Shown one piece after another: positions 9,235 through 19,364 of a stretch of 32,000 nt of DNA. The stretch covers positions 1,770,001 to 1,802,000 of the forward strand of contig NZ_CP047931.1 in the NCBI RefSeq assembly GCF_014280175.1. The letters are read 5' to 3'. This DNA is from Synechococcus sp. A15-28. GTDB lineage: Bacteria > Cyanobacteriota > Cyanobacteriia > PCC-6307 > Cyanobiaceae. A program made the translations under genes and the position numbers. Each line of letters begins with the position of its first letter. The stretch's first letter is position 1. The notes under the pieces are model-generated. The model ran no database searches and was not told where the DNA came from. It was given only the letters and a program-made list of their open reading frames with translations.

Positions 9235-9260
9235 GCACGAATCAGTACAGATGTACTAGC

Positions 9261-9707
9261 TTAAGGCTGTATGGGCCCCTTCTGCAGGGCAGCGAGGGCA
9301 GGCCGTATGGCTTCCGGAGGCCGGCGAAGCAGTCGCCCTTCGCCCAGGATCACCAGTTCGACGCGGGCTTCAGCCATCACCCGACCGTCAAGCAGAAAAC
9401 GACTTGTCCAGGGCCAGCGCGCCCCTGATTGAGACCCGCAGCAACTGTCCAGCACAATCTGATCGCCATGGCGGATGGACCGGCGGTACTCGAGGGTCAT
9501 GGCCACGACGGGCATTTCCAAGCCCATGTCCGCCATCGCTGAATAACTCAGGCCAGCAGCCGCCAACGCTTCAACCCTGGCCTCCTCCAGCCAGGCCACG
9601 TAGGCCCCGTGCCACATCACCCCGGCGTGGTCCGTGTGCTGCGGCAACACCCGTTTCAAAAGCCTCCAGGGCTGGGGCGTAACGCTGTTCGTCAGCTTGT
9701 CGTTCAC
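9261..9707 (-). CDS. Hotdog-fold acyl-CoA thioesterase (4HBT/YbgC-like)
   Basis: 148 aa. VLPQHTDHAGVMWHGAYVAWLEEARVEAL is the typical 4HBT N-terminal catalytic region. It lies 26 nt upstream of dprA on the same strand. Confidence 0.8.
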   Translation of the reverse strand: MNDKLTNSVTPQPWRLLKRVLPQHTDHAGVMWHGAYVAWLEEARVEALAAAGLSYSAMADMGLEMPVVAMTLEYRRSIRHGDQIVLDSCCGSQSGARWPWTSRFLLDGRVMAEARVELVILGEGRLLRRPPEAIRPALAALQKGPIQP

Positions 9708-9751
9708 GCGGAATCCTGCCCATAGGCTTTTGACGAGGTTGCCGCAACGCC

Positions 9752-10600
9752 GTGTTCAACAAACTCCTGATCGCCGATTCCGGCAAAGGACACGTGGAGG
9801 AGATGATCCGGATGCTGCAGGACATCCCGTCGATGCAGAGCGCCGCCGTGACTCTGCTGCATGTGATCCCCGAACAGAGCAAAGCCGGGGCCGATGGCCA
9901 CCGCATCGACGCGGAAGAGCTGCTGGACAGCGCGATCAACCGGATGGGACTGGAGCGCAGTCGCGTGACCTCGCTGGTGAGAGAAGGGGATACGAAGCAG
10001 ACCGTGCTGAACGTTGCCGAGGAGCAGAACTGCGACCTGATCGTGATGGGCTCACGGGGGCTGGGACGCCTCCAGTCGATCCTGGCCAACAGTGCCAGTC
10101 AATACGTCTTTCAGCTCTCCACCCGCCCGATGCTGCTGGTGCGCGACGACCTGTACGTTCGCCACGTCAACCGTGTGATGGTGACCATCGATGGCACCGG
10201 CGTGGGCGACGACGCCCTGCGCAACGCCTGCCAACTCGTCAAACAGATTCCCGGTGGCACCCTCACCGGTGTTCACGTCGTCTCCCAGGAGACCGCTCCA
10301 AGCCGGGGCGGCCTCAGCAAAGCCGACGAACTTCTCAACGCTGCGGCACAACGGGCCCGTGGCTTCGGGGTGGACCTCAAAGGCCTCACCGTTCAAGGCA
10401 AAGACATCGGCCGGGCGGTCTGCCAGGCCGCGGAACAAACCAATGCCGACCTGTTGGTCGTTGCCTCACAGGACAGACGCCCCTTGGTGGCTCGGGGTCT
10501 TGTCGATCTCGACAAACTTCTGGGGGGATCCGTCAGCGATTACATCCGCGTTCACGCCCCAGCACCTGTGTTGCTGGTCCGTGAACCGGAAGCCAACTGA
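9752..10600 (+). CDS. Universal stress protein, tandem USP domains
   Basis: Two repeats, each ending in a USP ATP-binding motif: CDLIVMGSRGLGRLQSILANSASQYV and ADLLVVASQDRRPLV...LLGGSVSDYIRVHAPAPVLLV. Confidence 0.85.
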   Translation: MFNKLLIADSGKGHVEEMIRMLQDIPSMQSAAVTLLHVIPEQSKAGADGHRIDAEELLDSAINRMGLERSRVTSLVREGDTKQTVLNVAEEQNCDLIVMGSRGLGRLQSILANSASQYVFQLSTRPMLLVRDDLYVRHVNRVMVTIDGTGVGDDALRNACQLVKQIPGGTLTGVHVVSQETAPSRGGLSKADELLNAAAQRARGFGVDLKGLTVQGKDIGRAVCQAAEQTNADLLVVASQDRRPLVARGLVDLDKLLGGSVSDYIRVHAPAPVLLVREPEAN

Positions 10601-10602
10601 GG

Positions 10603-10707
10603 TCAACTCTCGCTGTTATTGGTGCCGATATAGAGGACGATCAGGAAAATTGCCGGAACCAGGATGAACAGGAGGCTGGCGACGAATCCGAGATCGTTGG
10701 TTTCCAT
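10603..10707 (-). CDS. psbM: Photosystem II reaction centre protein M (34 aa), not in the ORF track
   Basis: My translation is METNDLGFVASLLFILVPAIFLIVLYIGTNNSES, which matches the conserved PsbM pattern METN.LGF.A..LF..VP..FL..LY. Confidence 0.9.
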   Translation of the reverse strand: METNDLGFVASLLFILVPAIFLIVLYIGTNNSES

Positions 10708-10766
10708 GGCCGCTGAAGGTGTCCTGGCGAAGGTATCACCGGCCCAAGGCCAACGACCGAGACACC

Positions 10767-11216
10767 TCAGCCCTCGTCATCGGTAGTTGCAGCCTCTTTG
10801 TCCTCTTCAGTTAGTTCTTCAGCTTCCGGGGGAGCCGGCCAGGCGACGGGTCCCGTTGGAAGCGGTGCCTGACGCGCTGCCTTCAAGCGGTTGTCGGCAT
10901 CGGGCAGACGCACCTGAGGGCGGGTCAGCACCATGACCGACGTCTCCACCAGGGCCTGACAGGCAAGGCGCCAATCCTCAGGACGCCGACGCAGCTTGCT
11001 GTCCTCAACGGGGGTGCGAGCTGTCAGAGCCTCTTGCCCTGCTTCGTCCATGACGGAGACGAAACAGGTGATGCACTGACCACAGCCGCCACAATTTCCC
11101 AACTGCCCCTTGAGTCCGTAGAGCTCAATTCCCTCGCGTAGGGCCACTTCCCTCAGGTTTTCGCCGGGATAACACTCGACATCGCGACCTTCTCGGACAA
11201 AACGGATCACCGGCAT
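10767..11216 (-). CDS. 2Fe-2S ferredoxin-like protein with an acidic C-terminal tail
   Basis: MPVIRFVREGRDVECYPGENLREVAL... is a ferredoxin-fold N-terminus. The Cys cluster is NCGGCGQCITC plus LACQA. I took the start at ATG 11216; the ORF track extends to 11297. The gene is divergent from psbB. Confidence 0.8.
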   Translation of the reverse strand: MPVIRFVREGRDVECYPGENLREVALREGIELYGLKGQLGNCGGCGQCITCFVSVMDEAGQEALTARTPVEDSKLRRRPEDWRLACQALVETSVMVLTRPQVRLPDADNRLKAARQAPLPTGPVAWPAPPEAEELTEEDKEAATTDDEG

Positions 11217-11408
11217 TGGAGGGGAGATGTCGCCAAAGGTGTGCCCACTATGCGACCAAGAGTTGCGTTTTGTGAACAGGTGATCGGCTCCATTCATGTC
11301 ACCGCACGTTTCAGCTCATTCGGCCTCCAGCCGTTGACAGGGACGAACCCCTTACGATCGCAACGTCTGACTGCGTCCCTACGCGGTCTTGTCCCCCGAA
11401 CCTGACCC

Positions 11409-12968
11409 ATGGGATTGCCCTGGTATCGGGTGCACACCGTCGTCATCAACGACCCGGGCCGCCTTCTGGCCGTGCACCTCATGCATACAGCCCTTGTTGC
11501 CGGCTGGGCCGGCTCCATGGCTCTGTACGAACTTGCGATTTTTGACCCGTCCGATCCCGTCCTGAACCCCATGTGGCGTCAGGGCATGTTCGTGATGCCG
11601 TTCATGTCACGTCTTGGCGTGACCGGCAGCTGGGGCGGTTGGAGCATTACCGGTGAAACCGGCGTTGATCCCGGCTTCTGGAGCTTCGAGGGTGTCGCTG
11701 CAGCTCACATCGTGTTTTCCGGCCTGCTCATGCTGGCCGCCATCTGGCACTGGACTTACTGGGACCTGGAAATCTGGCAGGACCCCCGGACCGGGGAACC
11801 AGCCCTTGACCTCCCCAAGATCTTCGGCATCCACCTCCTCCTCGCGGGACTGGGCTGCTTCGGATTCGGCGCTTTCCATCTCACCGGTGTCTTCGGACCG
11901 GGCATGTGGGTCTCAGACCCCTACGGAATAACGGGTCACCTTGAGGCTGTTCAACCGTCTTGGGGTCCTGAAGGCTTCAACCCGTTCAATCCCGGTGGCA
12001 TCGTTGCCCACCACATCGCCGCTGGAATCGTCGGAATCATTGCCGGCATTTTCCACATCACCACACGTCCTCCCGAGCGCCTTTACAAAGCACTGCGGAT
12101 GGGCAACATCGAAACCGTGCTGGCCAGTGCCATCGCAGCAGTGTTCTTCGCGGCGTTCATCGTCGCTGGAACCATGTGGTACGGCGCCGCTGCAACGCCC
12201 GTTGAGTTGTTCGGTCCCACCCGATATCAGTGGGATCAGAGCTACTTCAAGACTGAAATCAACCGTCGTGTCCAGACCGCGATGGATGACGGTGCGACCC
12301 GACAGGAGGCCTATGAGTCCATTCCTGAAAAGCTGGCCTTCTATGACTACGTCGGCAACAGCCCTGCCAAAGGTGGTCTGTTCCGTGTCGGCCCTATGGT
12401 GAATGGCGATGGACTCGCCACCTCCTGGGTGGGCCATATCGTCTTCACCGACAAGGAAGGGCGTGAACTGGAAGTTCGCCGCCTGCCCAACTTCTTCGAG
12501 AACTTCCCCGTCGTCCTCCAGGACGAACAAGGTGTTGTTCGTGCCGACATTCCCTACCGCCGGGCTGAAGCCAAATATTCCTTCGAGCAACAGGGCGTCA
12601 CGGCTCAGGTGTTCGGTGGTGCTCTGGACGGCCAGTCCTTCACTGACCCTGCGGACGTGAAGCGTCTGGCGCGTAAGGCTCAGCTGGGTGAAGGTTTCGA
12701 CTTCGATCGCGAGACCTACGGCTCTGACGGCGTCTTCCGCAGCTCACCCCGTGGTTGGTTCACCTTCGGCCACGCCACCTTCGCGCTGCTGTTCTTCTTC
12801 GGCCACATCTGGCACGGTGCTCGCACCTTGTACCGCGACGTGTTCGCCGGTATCGACCCCGATCTCGGCGACCAGGTGGAGTTCGGACTGTTCGCCAAAC
12901 TCGGCGACAAAACGACCCGCCGTTTGCCCGAGGGTTACGTTCCTCCTGCTGGAACACCCCTCAACTGA
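11409..12968 (+). CDS. psbB: Photosystem II CP47 chlorophyll apoprotein
   Basis: 519 aa. [42 protein letters not shown]... is canonical CP47. Confidence 0.98.
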   Translation: MGLPWYRVHTVVINDPGRLLAVHLMHTALVAGWAGSMALYELAIFDPSDPVLNPMWRQGMFVMPFMSRLGVTGSWGGWSITGETGVDPGFWSFEGVAAAHIVFSGLLMLAAIWHWTYWDLEIWQDPRTGEPALDLPKIFGIHLLLAGLGCFGFGAFHLTGVFGPGMWVSDPYGITGHLEAVQPSWGPEGFNPFNPGGIVAHHIAAGIVGIIAGIFHITTRPPERLYKALRMGNIETVLASAIAAVFFAAFIVAGTMWYGAAATPVELFGPTRYQWDQSYFKTEINRRVQTAMDDGATRQEAYESIPEKLAFYDYVGNSPAKGGLFRVGPMVNGDGLATSWVGHIVFTDKEGRELEVRRLPNFFENFPVVLQDEQGVVRADIPYRRAEAKYSFEQQGVTAQVFGGALDGQSFTDPADVKRLARKAQLGEGFDFDRETYGSDGVFRSSPRGWFTFGHATFALLFFFGHIWHGARTLYRDVFAGIDPDLGDQVEFGLFAKLGDKTTRRLPEGYVPPAGTPLN

Positions 12969-12989
12969 TCGCCCCTCAGGAGACCCTCG

Positions 12990-13085
12990 ATGGAAAGCTT
13001 CGCTTACGTCCTCATCCTCACCCTTGCGATTGCCACCTTGTTTTTCGCAATTGCGTTCCGCGATCCCCCGAAAATCGGTAAGTGA
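12990..13085 (+). CDS. psbT: Photosystem II reaction centre protein T (31 aa), not in the ORF track
   Basis: My translation is [31 protein letters not shown], canonical PsbT. It lies 21 nt after psbB. Confidence 0.93.
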   Translation: MESFAYVLILTLAIATLFFAIAFRDPPKIGK

Positions 13086-13094
13086 TCCATTCCC

Positions 13095-13123
13095 AAAAAA
13101 CCCCGCCATGGCGGGGTTTTTTT
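13095..13123 (+). terminator. Rho-independent terminator of psbB-psbT
   Basis: aaaaaa-ccccgc-catg-gcgggg-ttttttt. A GC stem is followed by a 7-T run, 10 nt after the psbT stop. Confidence 0.8.
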
Positions 13124-13266
13124 GTGATCGTTCATCCTTGCCCTTTCAATTCACCACCGGCATTCAAAGAAGTCATTCACGGAGGCGCGAAAGACCAGGC
13201 ATCACCACCCTTTTCAAGGGTCAATTCAATGATTAAAGTTGACAGTGTCTACCAACTGTTTCCGGC

Positions 13267-13749
13267 TTGCAGTGCCCTTCTTGCCAAAACACGGATAGCC
13301 GTGTGCTCGAATCGCGGGCAGCTGATGGCGGAAGAAGTGTGCGTCGGCGACGTGAATGCTTGAACTGTGAGTTTCGGTTCACCACCTACGAGAGAGTGGA
13401 AACCGTTCCCATCACAGTGATCAAGCGCAACGGCAACCGGGAGATTTTCAGCCGCAGCAAGCTTCTTCACGGCCTCAACCGAGCGTGCGAGAAAACGGGC
13501 TTGGATGCCTCACGGCTTGAAACTCTTGTGGAAGAGCTCGAACTCAAGCTTCAACAGCGCAGCGGTCGCGAAGTGAGCAGCGCCGAAATCGGCGAGCTGG
13601 TGCTGGTGGAACTCAAACAGATGAGTGAAGTGGCTTACATCCGCTTCGCTTCCGTTTATCGCCAGTTCCGGGGGATTGACGACTTTGTCTCAACCCTTGA
13701 AACCATGAACCAAAAACCAGGGCCAGGGCATCTGGCGGCCGTGGGATAA
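13267..13749 (+). CDS. nrdR: Transcriptional repressor NrdR (zinc ribbon + ATP-cone)
   Basis: [17 protein letters not shown]...[20 protein letters not shown], followed by an ATP-cone ([16 protein letters not shown]...). TTG start. Confidence 0.93.
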   Translation: MQCPSCQNTDSRVLESRAADGGRSVRRRRECLNCEFRFTTYERVETVPITVIKRNGNREIFSRSKLLHGLNRACEKTGLDASRLETLVEELELKLQQRSGREVSSAEIGELVLVELKQMSEVAYIRFASVYRQFRGIDDFVSTLETMNQKPGPGHLAAVG

Positions 13750-13851
13750 GGCCCCATCGATCTGTAGGATCCATAGCTCTCCTTGAACCGTCGGCGGGCG
13801 GTTCATGCGATCCACTCGTACTACCCGCATGAGGTAGACCGCCAAACCCCC

Positions 13852-14955
13852 ATGTCCGCGACTCCCACTGAAGAGCAGCTTCAGGACGTTCAAACCGCAG
13901 CGACCGAAGAGGTCAGCCAGGACGCCACCGCAGCTGTCGCCAGCGTTGATGAAGCCTTTGAGGCTGCTGAGGATCTCGGCATCCCCGAGGAGGTTCCCAC
14001 CGCTGATGATCCGGGCAGCCGAGCCAGCAGTCGAAATCTCGATGACGCCGGATTCACCATCGATGAATTCGCAGCGCTGCTCAGCAAGTACGACTACAAC
14101 TTCAAGCCTGGCGACATCGTCAACGGCACCGTTTTCGCCCTGGAATCCAAGGGCGCGATGATCGATATCGGCGCCAAGACGGCTGCCTTCATGCCTGTGC
14201 AAGAGGTGTCGATCAACCGGGTGGAAGGTTTGAGCGATGTGCTCCAGCCCGGCGAGATCCGCGAATTCTTCATCATGAGTGAAGAAAACGAGGACGGACA
14301 GCTCGCTCTTTCGGTGCGCCGCATCGAATACCAGCGCGCCTGGGAACGGGTGCGCCAGCTGCAGAAGGAGGACGCCACCATCTACTCCGAGGTGTTTGCC
14401 ACCAACCGCGGTGGTGCCCTGGTTCGGGTGGAAGGCCTGAGAGGCTTCATCCCCGGCTCCCACATCAGCACCCGCAAACCGAAGGAAGAGCTGGTGGCTG
14501 ACTTCCTGCCACTCAAGTTCCTTGAGGTGGACGAAGAGCGCAACCGTCTGGTGCTGAGCCATCGCCGGGCTCTCGTGGAGCGCAAGATGAATCGCCTCGA
14601 GGTGGGCGAAGTGGTGGTGGGCACCGTCCGCGGCATCAAGCCCTACGGCGCCTTCATCGATATCGGCGGCGTCAGCGGCCTGCTGCACATCTCGGAGATC
14701 AGCCACGAACACATCGAGACCCCGCACTCGGTGCTCAACGTGAATGATCAGATGAAGGTGATGATCATCGATCTCGACGCCGAGCGCGGCCGGATCTCCC
14801 TCTCCACCAAGGCTCTGGAACCGGAACCCGGCGACATGCTCACCGATCCGCAGAAGGTGTTCGACAAGGCCGAGGAAATGGCCGCCCGTTACAAGCAGAT
14901 GCTCCTGGAGCAGGCCGAGGAGGGCGAGGATCCGATCAGCTCAATGATGATCTGA
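13852..14955 (+). CDS. rpsA: 30S ribosomal protein S1
   Basis: Repeated S1 domains: GDIVNGTVFALESKGAMIDIGAKTAAFMP, VRVEGLRGFIPGSHIS and GTVRGIKPYGAFIDIGGVSGLLHISEIS. I chose the start at ATG 13852; the ORF track starts at 13783. Confidence 0.92.
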   Translation: MSATPTEEQLQDVQTAATEEVSQDATAAVASVDEAFEAAEDLGIPEEVPTADDPGSRASSRNLDDAGFTIDEFAALLSKYDYNFKPGDIVNGTVFALESKGAMIDIGAKTAAFMPVQEVSINRVEGLSDVLQPGEIREFFIMSEENEDGQLALSVRRIEYQRAWERVRQLQKEDATIYSEVFATNRGGALVRVEGLRGFIPGSHISTRKPKEELVADFLPLKFLEVDEERNRLVLSHRRALVERKMNRLEVGEVVVGTVRGIKPYGAFIDIGGVSGLLHISEISHEHIETPHSVLNVNDQMKVMIIDLDAERGRISLSTKALEPEPGDMLTDPQKVFDKAEEMAARYKQMLLEQAEEGEDPISSMMI

Positions 14956-14961
14956 TTCGCC

Positions 14962-15732
14962 ATGGCGACATTGATGCTGAGGGGTGCTCCCATCGGCAAT
15001 TACGACGGGGTGCTGTTCGACAAGGACGGCACCCTTTCCCACAGCGAGCCCCATCTGCAGGAGCTGGCTGAAGCTCGGATCAGAACAGCTCTGGATCTCT
15101 GGAGCGCAACCGGGCAATCCCCAAATCCCGACCTGCGTCCTCTGCTCAGCCGCGCCTTCGGACTGGAGAACGGGGGGCTGCATCCCGCCGGCACCCTGGC
15201 CGTGGCAGCCCGGCAGGACAACATGATTTCGATGGCCACCGTGTTTTGCCTGCTGGGGTGCGGCTGGCCCCAAGCCCTGGAGCTGAGCGAACGGTGTTTC
15301 GAACTGGTGGATCAGAGACACAGCACCAGTCCTTCCCCCAGTCCTCTGCTTCCCCATGCCGACCGTTTGCTGCAACGGTTGCACGACGCTGGCATTCAGC
15401 TGGCTGTCATCAGCAATGACACGCGCTCGGGCATTCAGTCGTTTCTCAACCATCACGGCTTGTCCGATCGATTCAGCGATTGCTGGAGTGCCGACGATCA
15501 GCCCCGCAAGCCAGACCCCGCGGCTGTGCACCAGCTCTGCCAGAGGCTGAATCTCACGCCCGAGCGTTGTGCCCTGATCGGTGATGCCGAGACCGATTTA
15601 TCGATGGCTCGAACGGCTGGGATCGGTTGTGTGATCGGCTACCTCGGAGGCTGGGCAAAGCAACCGGAACTCCCCTCCGCCACCCACCGACTGACGGATT
15701 GGGATGAGATTGGACTGATCACCACCCCGTAG
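14962..15732 (+). CDS. HAD-superfamily hydrolase (phosphatase-like)
   Basis: HAD motif I VLFDKDGTL, motif II VISND and motif IV IGDAETDLSMA. Confidence 0.8.
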   Translation: MATLMLRGAPIGNYDGVLFDKDGTLSHSEPHLQELAEARIRTALDLWSATGQSPNPDLRPLLSRAFGLENGGLHPAGTLAVAARQDNMISMATVFCLLGCGWPQALELSERCFELVDQRHSTSPSPSPLLPHADRLLQRLHDAGIQLAVISNDTRSGIQSFLNHHGLSDRFSDCWSADDQPRKPDPAAVHQLCQRLNLTPERCALIGDAETDLSMARTAGIGCVIGYLGGWAKQPELPSATHRLTDWDEIGLITTP

Positions 15733-15756
15733 AGTCTGGCCATCGATCTCTTCTGT

Positions 15757-17016
15757 ATGAGCCGTTACGTCTTCACCTCAGAGTCGGTTACGGAAGGACA
15801 TCCCGACAAGATCTGCGACCAGGTCAGTGATGCGGTGCTCGATGCCTTGCTGGCCCAGGATCCCGCCAGCCGCGTGGCCTGTGAAACCGTGGTGAATACA
15901 GGCTTATGCATGATCACCGGTGAGGTGACCTCCAAAGCCCAGGTGGACTTCATCCACCTGGTGCGCAACGTCATCAAGGAAATCGGTTACAGCGGCGCCC
16001 GGGCCGGTGGCTTCGATGCCAACAGCTGCGCGGTGTTGGTCGCTCTCGACCAGCAATCTCCTGACATCGCCCAGGGGGTCAATGAGGCCGATGACCACGC
16101 TGGCGACCCTCTGGACCTGGTGGGTGCCGGTGACCAGGGAATCATGTTCGGCTACGCCTGCAACGAGACGCCCGAACTGATGCCCCTGCCCATCAGTCTG
16201 GCTCACAGATTGGCGCGTCGGCTGGCCGAGGTGCGCCACAACGGCTCCCTGGATTACCTGCTTCCTGATGGCAAGACCCAGGTGAGTGTTGTCTATGAAA
16301 ACGACAAGCCCGTTGCCATTGACACGATCCTGATCTCCACCCAGCACACCGCTGAAGTGAATGGAATCAGCGATGAGCAGGGCATCCGGGAACGCATCAC
16401 CGAAGACCTCTGGACCCACGTGGTGGAGCCGGCGACGGCCGACCTCGAACTCAAGCCTTCCCGCGAAGCGACCAAATATCTGGTGAACCCCACCGGCAAG
16501 TTTGTGGTGGGTGGTCCCCAGGGCGATGCGGGTCTCACGGGCCGCAAGATCATCGTGGACACCTACGGCGGCTATGCCCGCCACGGTGGTGGTGCCTTCT
16601 CCGGGAAAGACCCCACCAAAGTGGATCGCTCCGCCGCCTACGCAGCGCGCTACGTGGCCAAGTGCCTTGTTGCAACCGGACTCGCCGAACGGGCGGAGGT
16701 GCAGCTGAGTTATGCGATCGGCGTGGCCAAACCCGTCTCGATCCTGGTGGAATCCTTCGGGACTGGGAAGGTGTCGAATGCCGAGCTCACCGAACTGGTG
16801 CAGGAGCATTTCGACCTGCGCCCCGGCGCCATCATCGAAACCTTCGGACTGCGCAACCTGCCCCAGCAGCGCGGTGGTCGCTTCTACCAAGACACAGCCG
16901 CCTACGGCCACTTCGGTCGCAACGACCTCAAAGCCCCCTGGGAGGATGTGGCCGCCAAGAGCGAAGAGCTGGTGAAGGCAGAAGCCAAGCGCATCAAGCA
17001 GGGCGCCACGGTTTGA
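15757..17016 (+). CDS. metK: S-adenosylmethionine synthetase
   Basis: Motifs [37 protein letters not shown] and [19 protein letters not shown]. Confidence 0.98.
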   Translation: MSRYVFTSESVTEGHPDKICDQVSDAVLDALLAQDPASRVACETVVNTGLCMITGEVTSKAQVDFIHLVRNVIKEIGYSGARAGGFDANSCAVLVALDQQSPDIAQGVNEADDHAGDPLDLVGAGDQGIMFGYACNETPELMPLPISLAHRLARRLAEVRHNGSLDYLLPDGKTQVSVVYENDKPVAIDTILISTQHTAEVNGISDEQGIRERITEDLWTHVVEPATADLELKPSREATKYLVNPTGKFVVGGPQGDAGLTGRKIIVDTYGGYARHGGGAFSGKDPTKVDRSAAYAARYVAKCLVATGLAERAEVQLSYAIGVAKPVSILVESFGTGKVSNAELTELVQEHFDLRPGAIIETFGLRNLPQQRGGRFYQDTAAYGHFGRNDLKAPWEDVAAKSEELVKAEAKRIKQGATV

Positions 17017-17017
17017 C

Positions 17018-18283
17018 GTGAACGTTGAAACATCGCTGGCGCTCGGCATCGACCTGGGCACCAGCGGTGTTCGCATTGCGGTGCTGAATCAGCAGGGCAC
17101 GCTGATTCATTCGTCGTCCGCTGAGTACGCCACGGGATTAACAGCCCCCTTGGACTGGGCTGAGGCGTGCCGCGACTTGATCACCCATTTGCCCGCTCAG
17201 ATCAGAGGTCAACTGGCCGCTGTTGCGGTCGATGGCACCTCGGGCACGCTTCTGGCTTGTCGGGAGGATGGCACCCCCATGGGGCCTGCACTGAGCTACG
17301 CCACAGCGTTCCCCGAGCAGAACAGTGCACTCAAACGGCTGGTGCCAGATGGCTGCGCGGCATCCAGCAGCAGCGGCAGCTTGGCGCGAGCCCTGCAGTT
17401 GCTGAACCACCATGGCCACATTGATCGCCTGCGACATCAAGCCGACTGGATCAGCGGTTGGTTCCTGCAGAACTGGCAATGGGGCGAAGAGGGCAACAAC
17501 CTCAAGCTTGGATGGGACCTTGAGCAAGCCACCTGGCAGGGCTGCATCGCTGATCAGTCCTGGAGTTCGGCCTTGCCTGAGGTGAAGCCAAGCGGTTCCG
17601 TGCTGGGACGCATCGCAATCGATCAGGCCAGGAATCTTGGCGTGCCGGAGGATCTGCTCGTGGTGGCCGGTACAACCGATTCCAACGCGGCGGTGTTGGC
17701 CGCGAACCCCGGCGACAACGACGGGATCACCGTGCTGGGCACCACTCTGGTGATGAAGCGATTCACGCCAGTACCGATCCAAGGAGCCGGCATCACGCGG
17801 CATCGGATCGGGCAGCGATGGTTGTGTGGCGGGGCTTCCAACGCTGGGGCCGGCGTGCTGCGGCGTTATTTCACCGATGCTGAGCTGGCGGAACTCAGCC
17901 GCCAGATCGACCCAGACCAAGACAGCGGCCTGAGTTACCAGCCCCTTCCGGCCCATGGCGAGCGATTTCCCGTGGACGATCCCAACCTCGAGCCGGTGCT
18001 GGAGCCACGGCCTGTGAGTGATGCCCTGTTTCTGCATGGGCTGCTGGAAGGTCTGGCGGAGATTGAGGCCAAGGGTTGGGAGCGACTGACGGAACTCGGG
18101 GCGGATCCACCGCAACGGGTGATCAGCCTCGGCGGTGGTGCCCGAAACCCCCAGTGGCGCAAGATCCGGCAGCGGCGGCTTGGCCTTCCCGTGGTGAGTT
18201 GCAACCAACCACCGGCCGCAGGTGTTGCCCTGCTGGCCCTGAGTCGGCAGCGGCAGACCGAGTACAAGATGAACAAGTCATAA
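17018..18283 (+). CDS. FGGY-family carbohydrate kinase
   Basis: Motifs LGIDLGTSGVRIAV, VVAGTTDSNAAVLA and ISLGGGARNPQWRKI. The GTG start is 1 nt after the metK stop. Confidence 0.85.
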   Translation: MNVETSLALGIDLGTSGVRIAVLNQQGTLIHSSSAEYATGLTAPLDWAEACRDLITHLPAQIRGQLAAVAVDGTSGTLLACREDGTPMGPALSYATAFPEQNSALKRLVPDGCAASSSSGSLARALQLLNHHGHIDRLRHQADWISGWFLQNWQWGEEGNNLKLGWDLEQATWQGCIADQSWSSALPEVKPSGSVLGRIAIDQARNLGVPEDLLVVAGTTDSNAAVLAANPGDNDGITVLGTTLVMKRFTPVPIQGAGITRHRIGQRWLCGGASNAGAGVLRRYFTDAELAELSRQIDPDQDSGLSYQPLPAHGERFPVDDPNLEPVLEPRPVSDALFLHGLLEGLAEIEAKGWERLTELGADPPQRVISLGGGARNPQWRKIRQRRLGLPVVSCNQPPAAGVALLALSRQRQTEYKMNKS

Positions 18284-18323
18284 GATTTTCGCCATACATT
18301 CATTACCGAGTTATCAAATGCAA

Positions 18324-18391
18324 TTCTCAGTCCATAAAGGCAAACATTTTGTTGCAAGCTGGCTGAATTGAACTGGTTTCTCAGTTCATAG
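18324..18391 (+). repeat. Direct repeat TTCTCAGTyCATAr (2 copies, start-to-start 54 nt) upstream of the mpeE-like gene
   Basis: Copies are ttctcagtccataa (18324-18337) and ttctcagttcatag (18378-18391), 12/14 identical. They start 107 and 53 nt upstream of ATG 18431. Confidence 0.5.
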
Positions 18392-18430
18392 CTTTATCCT
18401 CTCCGATATCAATCTCAATACAAATCAGAA

Positions 18431-19333
18431 ATGATCGCCATCAAGCCGACCCGCGACTTCACGAATCTTGGCCGGATTTCATTCTCCGCCAACAACGCCT
18501 CCAAACCCAAACAGAACACTGCAATCAATCGCTACCGAGCCGAACAAACCCAGGGGGGTTTGATATCGCGCAAAGGCCTGGCTGCATCCTCACAAAACGA
18601 GTACAAAGAGAATCTTTGCTCAGCGATGGGGATTGGAATCGGCCCCAGAGTTCACAGCGAATGTCCTTTTAGCAGTGTTAATGATCAATATGCTGCAACA
18701 GGGAACGAAGCTCTTGAGGTGGCAATCGAAGCGGCATATCGGCAGGTACTCGGGAATCTTGGACCAACGATCAGTCAGAAATGCATCGAACTTGAATCGC
18801 AACTAAAGAATGGCGAGATAAGCGTCAGAGATTTCGTGGCGGGACTTGCAAAGAGTGATCTCTACAGGGAAAACTACTTTTCGAAAGTTTCGCCAATCCG
18901 CGGCATCGAGCTGAACTACAAGCACCTTCTCGGTCGGCCGCCGATCAATCAAGTAGAAGTAAGTGCTGCCATAAGCCTTATCGCATCCAAAGGCTTTAAT
19001 GCGTTCATCGATCAGATCACACGATCTGGGGAATACCTAGAGGTTTTCGGAACAGACACAGTTCCATACCTGCGTGCATGGACATCAGAAGCACGCGCCT
19101 ATTGTTCAACTTTTGCCAACCTTGCTCGCGTCACTCCTGGCAATGCAAGCTCAGACACTATTGTTGAGCGACGGAGCCAACTGGTTGTTGAGTTCAGCAA
19201 TGCACGTAGCCTGAGCGAGGCTGGCAACAAATATGAAGTCAGTGGCTTCTCTTATTCCAAAGCAACAAGCGATCCCACCTCTGCGGCATTCCTCAGAATG
19301 TACCAATCCAAAACAGCAAAATCCTGGAACTAA
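18431..19333 (+). CDS. mpeE: Phycoerythrin II-associated rod linker, MpeE-like (PBS-linker domain with a Cys-bearing N-terminal extension, no CpcD domain)
   Basis: The PBS-linker domain motifs are AIEAAYRQVLGN, ISVRDFVAGLAKSDLYRENYF, IELNYKHLLGRPP and EYLEVFGTDTVPY. The N-terminal motif MGIGIGPRVHSECP parallels MpeD's MAIGVGPRSHADCP. Assigning it to mpeE rather than another PEII linker rests on size, architecture and position. Confidence 0.78.
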   Translation: MIAIKPTRDFTNLGRISFSANNASKPKQNTAINRYRAEQTQGGLISRKGLAASSQNEYKENLCSAMGIGIGPRVHSECPFSSVNDQYAATGNEALEVAIEAAYRQVLGNLGPTISQKCIELESQLKNGEISVRDFVAGLAKSDLYRENYFSKVSPIRGIELNYKHLLGRPPINQVEVSAAISLIASKGFNAFIDQITRSGEYLEVFGTDTVPYLRAWTSEARAYCSTFANLARVTPGNASSDTIVERRSQLVVEFSNARSLSEAGNKYEVSGFSYSKATSDPTSAAFLRMYQSKTAKSWN

Positions 19334-19364
19334 TCAACATAAACCACCAAAATCCAGGCTGACC

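Noticed and set aside
11333-11360. TTGACA ... TACGAT as the psbB promoter.
   Set aside because: The spacer between the hexamers is only ~13 nt by my count, so it is not a canonical sigma70-type arrangement. It cannot be supported without transcription-start data.
13124-13266. Riboswitch or NrdR-box element upstream of nrdR; a TTGACA at 13239 as its -35.
   Set aside because: There is only a 6-bp hairpin (accctt-ttc-aagggt) and no matching -10 at the proper spacing. I see no conserved riboswitch core.
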